Positions 58,166-64,000 of a stretch of DNA of 64,000 bases are shown here, piece by piece. A program made the translations under genes and the position numbers. The number at the start of each line of letters is the position of its first letter. Positions within the stretch are counted from its first letter, which is position 1. Source of the DNA: Candidatus Poribacteria bacterium. Lineage in GTDB: Bacteria; Poribacteria; WGA-4E; WGA-3G. The DNA is taken from assembly GCA_965215265.1 (NCBI GenBank), contig OZ244048.1, positions 352,001 through 416,000 on the forward strand. The letters are read 5' to 3'. The notes beneath the pieces are model-generated. The model made no database searches, was not told where the DNA came from, and saw nothing but the letters and a program-made list of their open reading frames with translations.

Positions 58166-59527
58166 ATGTTTACTCCTCACTCCCAGCTATTTCCCATCTT
58201 GCAAAGACTGCTCCTCTTTTTTTTCTTCTTCACTCAGCCTTTACCGGGGGCCGGATGGTACGATGCTGAGGAGGAAATTAAGGTCAGATTTCATCGCGGT
58301 GTTCGCTATCTTGACACGGAACAGTACGAATTGGCACTGGCAGAATTCCAAACTATTTATCAACAATTTCCTGAATCGGAGAGACTTCGTAGCATTGCCC
58401 AGTATTATATCGGCATTGTGTATCAAGAAAAAAATAGATTGAGTCAGGCGGCGGCTGCCTATAAAGCTGCATTGGTGTTGAATGCACCACCGGATGTACA
58501 CGGTACCGCGCATCTTCAGTTGGGCATTGTCTATAAAACACAAGGCCAATTACGACTGGCTGAAAAACACCTGAGCGCAGCCAGAACCCAACTGCCTGAG
58601 AACGCTGACGTGCATATCCAGCTGGGCGATGTCTATCTCCTACAACGGCAATGGAACGCAGCAGAAAATGCTTATCGTGAGAGTATCCGCCTCAACCCAA
58701 ATTACACTGAATCTTATTATGGGTTGGGCAGAGCAACCGAGCTGCAAAACCGCCTCAAGCAGGCTGTGGAATATTACAACGCCGCGCTGAAACGCAATCC
58801 GTATTTAGCGCAAGCACATTACCGGCTTGCCCTTATCTATCGGCAATTAGGGGATACCGCCCAGGCGAAAACAGCGATCGCACAATTTGGACGCTTAAAA
58901 ACTTACGCCGATAGGATGCATCAATACCGAGAAGCACTCTACAAAAACCCAAATTTGCCGATGCTATACATCAAATTGGCGGAACTTCACGAATCTTTTG
59001 ACAATCTGGAATCGGCAGCGCGGGTTTATCAGATTGCAATTACAGTGCATCCCAAGTTTTTGCCGGCCTATCATCAACTTGGAGAACTCTTTATCCGACA
59101 ACGCGCACTTGAAAAAGCAATCGCGGTTTATCGCAGTGCTACAGAAATTCGGCCCGACGATGCACAAGCATGGCTACAGTTAGGGGTCATCTATATCAAC
59201 CAAAAACGGTTTCAGGACGCAATTCAGGCGTTCCAGACAGCCATTTCTGTTGATAGCACAGAGGCAGAAGCGTATAATAACCTTGCACGTGTCTACGCGG
59301 CACTTGGTAAGGAGTTGGAACAAGCGATAGCCCTCGCAGAGAAAGCCGTTGCCTTAGCCCCCACGGCCAAGCACTATGATACCCTCGCTTACGCCTATTA
59401 CCGTAATCAACAGTACCCACAAGCGTTAACGGCAATCCATCGCGCGGTTGCGATAGCACCCAATGTCGCTGAATATAGGAAGCTGCTACTGAAAATCCAG
59501 ACAGCGCAAAAGGCAGAGAAAAAGTAA
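58166..59527 (+). CDS. Secreted TPR protein (paralog of 14063-15703)
   Basis: Multiple TPRs and a similar C-terminus (NNLAR...AIALAEKA...TLAYAY). Confidence 0.9.
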   Translation: MFTPHSQLFPILQRLLLFFFFFTQPLPGAGWYDAEEEIKVRFHRGVRYLDTEQYELALAEFQTIYQQFPESERLRSIAQYYIGIVYQEKNRLSQAAAAYKAALVLNAPPDVHGTAHLQLGIVYKTQGQLRLAEKHLSAARTQLPENADVHIQLGDVYLLQRQWNAAENAYRESIRLNPNYTESYYGLGRATELQNRLKQAVEYYNAALKRNPYLAQAHYRLALIYRQLGDTAQAKTAIAQFGRLKTYADRMHQYREALYKNPNLPMLYIKLAELHESFDNLESAARVYQIAITVHPKFLPAYHQLGELFIRQRALEKAIAVYRSATEIRPDDAQAWLQLGVIYINQKRFQDAIQAFQTAISVDSTEAEAYNNLARVYAALGKELEQAIALAEKAVALAPTAKHYDTLAYAYYRNQQYPQALTAIHRAVAIAPNVAEYRKLLLKIQTAQKAEKK

Positions 59528-59597
59528 AAACCGAGGAGATATAGAAACCAACGCTAAAATCCAAGCACAAAATATGCCAATTTGTCTACAAAACAAA

Positions 59598-59626
59598 TTG
59601 ACATAATCTGAATTTTCCTTTATAAT
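59598..59626 (+). promoter_or_regulatory. Perfect consensus sigma-70 promoter of the R-M locus
   Basis: TTGACA-N17-TATAAT. Confidence 0.8.
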
Positions 59627-59652
59627 TTCAATGGACGGAATATAATAACAGC

Positions 59653-59696
59653 AACGAAGAAATATGCAGACCTTAACGAAGAAATATGCAGACCTT
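59653..59696 (+). repeat. Perfect 22-bp tandem duplication over the methyltransferase start codon
   Basis: AACGAAGAAATATGCAGACCTT occurs twice in tandem. Confidence 0.92.
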
Positions 59697-60669
59697 TTTG
59701 ACACAAGCAAACGAGGAACAAAAAAGTAATATGCAAGAGACGTATCCAGACCTTTTTGGGGCATCGCTAAGACTGTTATTCTTACAATCTCTTAGGAGCC
59801 AGGGAAAGTACAAATATGCACGTTACCGCGGACTTCCGCTGCGGTATGCAGGTGGGAAAAGTCTCGGCGTGGGACACGTCATAGAGCAAATTCCGGATGG
59901 CCTGGAGAGACTCGTTTCCCCTTTTATGGGTGGTGGTGCCGTTGAAATTGCCTGTGCAAAAGAACTCGGCATGCAGGTTCGTGCCTATGATATCTTCGAT
60001 ATCCTTGTAAACTATTGGCACATCCAACTGAGTGCCGGTGGAAAACTTGCCACACGTTTAGAACAGTGGAAACCGACAAAAGCACAATATGCAGAGATTA
60101 AGAGCAGACTCAAGGCACATTGGAACGGTGAGCAGCCTATTTCAGACGCGTTAGAATTGGCGGCACATTACTGGTTCAACCATAATCTCTCCTACGGACC
60201 CGGATTTCTCGGATGGATGTCGAAAATTTGTGAGTCGCCTGAGAAATACGCCAGATCCGTGAATGCAGTACGCAATTTCCGATGTCCCTCCCTGTCCGTT
60301 CGCACAGGAAGTTTCGAGGAGACTATCTCTTGTCATCCCGCGGATTTCCTCTACTGTGATCCGCCCTACTACCTTGATGAGGGTAAGATGTTCCGAGGTA
60401 TCTACCCACAACGCAATTTCCCTGTGCATCATAACGGGTTCAGACATGAACTGCTCCGAGACTTGCTCCATAACCACAAGAGTGGTTTTGTTCTCTCTTA
60501 CAACGATTGCAAGACGATACGGAAATGGTATGCCGGGTTTCGGATCCTCGAGGTCGAATGGCAGTATACCTTAGGACAAGGCGAAACCCGCATTGGCAAA
60601 AATAGGATTGAGAATGGGACAGGACATGTCAAACGGTCTCATGAACTCCTAATTATAAAGGAAACATGA
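59686..60669 (+). CDS. Dam/D12-class (alpha) N6-adenine DNA methyltransferase
   Basis: PLRYAGGKS, SPFMGGGAV, YCDPPY, LSYND. Confidence 0.92.
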   Translation: MQTFLTQANEEQKSNMQETYPDLFGASLRLLFLQSLRSQGKYKYARYRGLPLRYAGGKSLGVGHVIEQIPDGLERLVSPFMGGGAVEIACAKELGMQVRAYDIFDILVNYWHIQLSAGGKLATRLEQWKPTKAQYAEIKSRLKAHWNGEQPISDALELAAHYWFNHNLSYGPGFLGWMSKICESPEKYARSVNAVRNFRCPSLSVRTGSFEETISCHPADFLYCDPPYYLDEGKMFRGIYPQRNFPVHHNGFRHELLRDLLHNHKSGFVLSYNDCKTIRKWYAGFRILEVEWQYTLGQGETRIGKNRIENGTGHVKRSHELLIIKET

Positions 60670-60673
60670 CATC

Positions 60674-61057
60674 ATGGCGAGAAGGGCGATGACCTCGGAA
60701 CAAGCGTCATCTAAGAAAAAAAGCGGGCACGCTAACGAAAATCACTTTGCCGAACTGATTGGTGGAGTCGTTTTGGCTTCAACAAGAAAGACTGACGTAA
60801 TAGACCAACAACACCGAACCCACTCTGTGAAAAGTGGGCAATGGTGGCAAATTTTCCTTTATGCAAGATCTAGACTGGTAACCAACACGATTTTTCAGGA
60901 TATAGGAGAGCTTGCAGACCTCATGATTCAATGCATCGATGCTTTTCCTGAAAATTTCAGCGATTATAAGATGGATAAACAGTCAGCGAAATACCGTTTA
61001 CAGGAGCCGATGCATCTTCTGAAAGAGGAGATTGAGAAACCTGAGATAGACGATTAA
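60674..61057 (+). pseudogene. Putative type II restriction endonuclease, probably C-terminally truncated
   Basis: Starts 4 nt after the MTase; GH.NE...KTDV...SVK resembles a PD-(D/E)XK core; only 127 aa. Confidence 0.5.
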
Positions 61058-61105
61058 ATACGTTAGGTGAAAAAAAATCCATAGAGATTTAGTACAGAGG
61101 TAACT

Positions 61106-61894
61106 ATGAAAAAAGGAATATGTATCGGTTCACTACCGGGTAATTCTACAGAGGCTCGGTTTAAGCTCGCGAAAGCCGCCGGATTTGACGGGGTTGAAAT
61201 CGGCACACTCGGAGATGATGCCGACCGGCACCAAACAAAACAACTCGCAGCACAACACCATTTGGAACTTTTCAGCGTAATGAACCAGAAACACTGGTCG
61301 CATCCCCTTTCCGATGCAGATGAAGCCGTTCGTGCAGCATCGCACGAAGGTATGCTGGATTCCATGGCGACCGCGAAAACCATCGGGGCAGATGCAGTGC
61401 TACTTGTCCCAGCTGTTGTCAACGAAGCCACTCCGTACGAAGCAGCGTATGAACGTTCACAGACCGAAATTCGCAAACTTATTCCGCGCGCCACCGAATA
61501 CGGGCTCACCATTGCGATAGAAAACGTCTGGAATAAATTTCTGCTCAGCCCGATTGAATTTGCCCAATATCTTGATGAATTTGAGAGTGACGCTGTCGCT
61601 GCTTACTTTGACGTTGGTAATATCGTGCTGTATGGGTATCCGCAACAGTGGATCCGCTCTTTGGGTTCCCGGATTTCCAAAGTACACGTGAAAGGGTTCA
61701 ACGCGAACACCCGTCAATTCACCTATCTCATTGAAGATTGCACAATTGATTGGAACGAAGTGATGACGGCACTTGCGGATGTCGGTTACGATGACTATAT
61801 GACAGCGGAACTGCCTATTGATGCAGAGGACCCGGACGGAACCGTACATCAAATTAGCGAGGACATGGACAATATTATTGCTGGCAAAGTTTAA
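61106..61894 (+). CDS. Sugar-phosphate isomerase/epimerase (hexulose/L-ribulose-5-P epimerase-like TIM barrel)
   Basis: AGFDGVE, IENVWNKFLLSP, YFDVGN, VHVK, TAE. Confidence 0.88.
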   Translation: MKKGICIGSLPGNSTEARFKLAKAAGFDGVEIGTLGDDADRHQTKQLAAQHHLELFSVMNQKHWSHPLSDADEAVRAASHEGMLDSMATAKTIGADAVLLVPAVVNEATPYEAAYERSQTEIRKLIPRATEYGLTIAIENVWNKFLLSPIEFAQYLDEFESDAVAAYFDVGNIVLYGYPQQWIRSLGSRISKVHVKGFNANTRQFTYLIEDCTIDWNEVMTALADVGYDDYMTAELPIDAEDPDGTVHQISEDMDNIIAGKV

Positions 61895-62679
61895 TGGAAA
61901 TTATTATTCAATCGACATATCAGAAGTTAGTATGCGTGGCGGCAGATATAGTGCGCAGCGCACTTTTGAAAAAGTCCGACCTCGTTTTGGGGCTTGCCAC
62001 GGGTAGTACGCCCCTCGGATTTTACAAAGAACTTGTACGGATGCATCAGGAGGACGGTCTCGATTTTTCAGCCGTAACCACTTTTAATTTGGACGAGTAT
62101 GTCGGAATTCCTACGACGCATCCTTACAGTTATCATACCTTCATGGAAACGCACTTTTTTCAGCATGTCAATATCGCGACTGCGAACCGGCATATCCCGC
62201 AAAGCACTGCAGATGCCCACGAGACTTTCTGTGAAGAATATGAGGCAGCGATTGCACGTGCCGGTGGCATCGACATTCAGCTCCTCGGCATCGGGATAGA
62301 CGGCCATATCGGCTTCAATGAACCCAGTTCCTCCCTCGGCTCCCGTACCCGAATTAAGACGTTGACGCGAAGTACCTTGGAGGCGAACACCCCGCATTTC
62401 GGGGGCGATACGGGTTCAGTACCCACCATGGCCATTACAATGGGCGTCGGGACTATCATGGAAGCAAAGAAATGTCTACTATTAGCCAGCGGAGAGTCAA
62501 AGGCGGCCGCGGTCGCTGCAGCAGTGGAGGGCCCTATTACCGCAGAAGTACCTGCTTCGGTGTTGCAGATGCATCCGCGAGCCGTGGTCCTAACTGACAA
62601 TGCAGCAGCATCCCAACTCAAGCGCATAGATTATTACAAACAGGTTTACACCAATAAGCAGAAACTTCTGCGGATGTAA
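61894..62679 (+). CDS. nagB: Glucosamine-6-phosphate deaminase
   Basis: LGLATGSTP, TFNLDEYVG, LGIG.DGHIGFNEP, AITMGVGTI. Confidence 0.95.
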   Translation: MEIIIQSTYQKLVCVAADIVRSALLKKSDLVLGLATGSTPLGFYKELVRMHQEDGLDFSAVTTFNLDEYVGIPTTHPYSYHTFMETHFFQHVNIATANRHIPQSTADAHETFCEEYEAAIARAGGIDIQLLGIGIDGHIGFNEPSSSLGSRTRIKTLTRSTLEANTPHFGGDTGSVPTMAITMGVGTIMEAKKCLLLASGESKAAAVAAAVEGPITAEVPASVLQMHPRAVVLTDNAAASQLKRIDYYKQVYTNKQKLLRM

Positions 62680-62757
62680 ACCACATTTCGCTGTTGGAAA
62701 CAAGACGTTCACAACCCCCATGCAATTTATTCGTATAACCTAACAGGCATTGAAATT

Positions 62758-63484
62758 TCAATTCGCCTCAATGACAGGCGGGCGCCTGCCGATGGACGGT
62801 GGTAGGAGCATCCGTTGCTGTTGCTCGCTCAACTCACCGTATTTGCTGATGTCATAATAGTTGCTGGACCACGCCGAGTGTCCCGGACTATACTTATACA
62901 ACAAGGCGCGCCGCTCATGGTTAGCCTGCCAGGGCATCGTGCCGTGAATGAGGGCCTCGGTGAAAAAGAGCACGTCGCCGGCTCCAACAGCCGGTTGGAC
63001 GACGTAGTGTGCCGGCTCCTCGAAACGTCGGACCGCTTTGGGGAGCTGTGTTGGAAAGTTGCACTTGTGGCTAGCGGGGATACAAGCAAACCCGCCGGCT
63101 CCTTCAGGCGCGTCTGCCAAATTGTATGTCATTACAGACAGCCCATTCCGCATAAAACCGTCGCGATACTTGTACCAATGATCTCCGACGTGCCCGCCGG
63201 CGCGTCCGCCATCCTCACCACCGTGTAGCCCGCCGCGTCCTTCGCCCTTACTCATGAAAATAGCATAATCGTGGTCCAGACGGACGTGCGGTCCTAGGAG
63301 TTCGATGAGATACGGCAAAATTTTCGGATGGTCGCTTAAACGGCTCACCCCAGAGGCTCGGCGGGCCCGAACGCTCGCCACCATCAATGATCGCGTTCAT
63401 TTCCGCGACTTCATCATCCGTTAAAACGTCCTTTATTACCAGATATCCTTCAAGATCGACTCTAAATTTTTCTTCGCTTGTCAT
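62758..63484 (-). pseudogene. Frameshifted PhyH-family enzyme with HxG motif
   Basis: MTSEEKFRVDLEGYLV...WGEPFKR shifts frame near 63333 into DHPKILPYL...LHGG...FFTEALIHGT. Confidence 0.85.
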
Positions 63485-64000
63485 ATACACAAACTCTCCT
63501 CCGTTAAAAACGAATGATTTCCATTTTTATAAGATGATAACACATCTCACAGAGATATGTCAAATCGAGGAGTAAGGGGTTCTGATTGATCGCTTGGTTC
63601 TGTGGAATTTTCACTACCAACGTACAAAAAGGCAAGAAACCATCCGGTTTTTGGATAGGGCATTTATAGTAACATCAACAAAGGTGCAAAATTTTATCGT
63701 GCTGCAAAAATGTTTGCCCTATTAGTCAAGCGGCAAACCAATCACCGACAGAGGTCCCGCGTTTCGGCGAGACTAATACCTACAACCTATCAAGCCATGG
63801 GTAGAAAAACTGACATCGGTATGTTCGAACGTGGAGATGGAAAAATTGGGTAATGTATCTGCTACACAAAAGGCTCAAGTAAAACTCGAAATTTATTGAC
63901 ACAAGAGGCCACGTTTTCTATTGGAAGCTCCTTAAAGTGTTGTGGCTTATGTATTTCTCTGTTCGATTTTCTATTACTATCAAGCAGAGTTATGATTTCC

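Noticed and set aside
63500-64000. c-di-GMP-I riboswitch (GGCAAACC near 63732) or a gene in the terminal region
   Set aside because: The remaining riboswitch consensus is missing and no ORF with recognisable motifs is present.

Overview
This is a bacterial chromosomal segment with about 50 genes. I recognised no rRNA, tRNA, CRISPR array, integrase or intact transposase. By inference, the gene content points to Candidatus Poribacteria (marine or sponge-associated): two secreted LamG-like proteins ending in a shared [AP]VE-x-x-x-KL-x-x-x-WG-x-[IL]K tail, five PhyH-family Fe(II)/2-oxoglutarate dioxygenase genes, many TPR/FG-GAP/CRTAC1 proteins, a stand-alone BMC vertex gene and sugar-catabolic genes. 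The most notable signals are: (1) a ~3.4 kb block between two paralogous TPR genes, holding a DUF1874/AcrIII-1(Crn2)-like ring-nuclease homolog with Tyr at the catalytic His position, a DUF98/chorismate-lyase-like gene, and an orphan Mod-like methyltransferase split at a C9 homopolymer; (2) an archaeal-type beta-RFAP synthase, which together with DUF98 covers the aromatic entry steps of methanopterin synthesis; (3) two PhyH proteins with a halogenase-like HxG metal motif; (4) the C-terminal motif as a candidate sorting signal; (5) several pseudoenzymes and decaying genes (His-less HtrA, caspase-like fold without Cys, and Rpn, DUF433, restriction-endonuclease and PhyH remnants); (6) shared ECF-type promoters linking a split tripartite exporter to an rpoE locus. 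All family calls come from motif recognition by eye, not from database searches.
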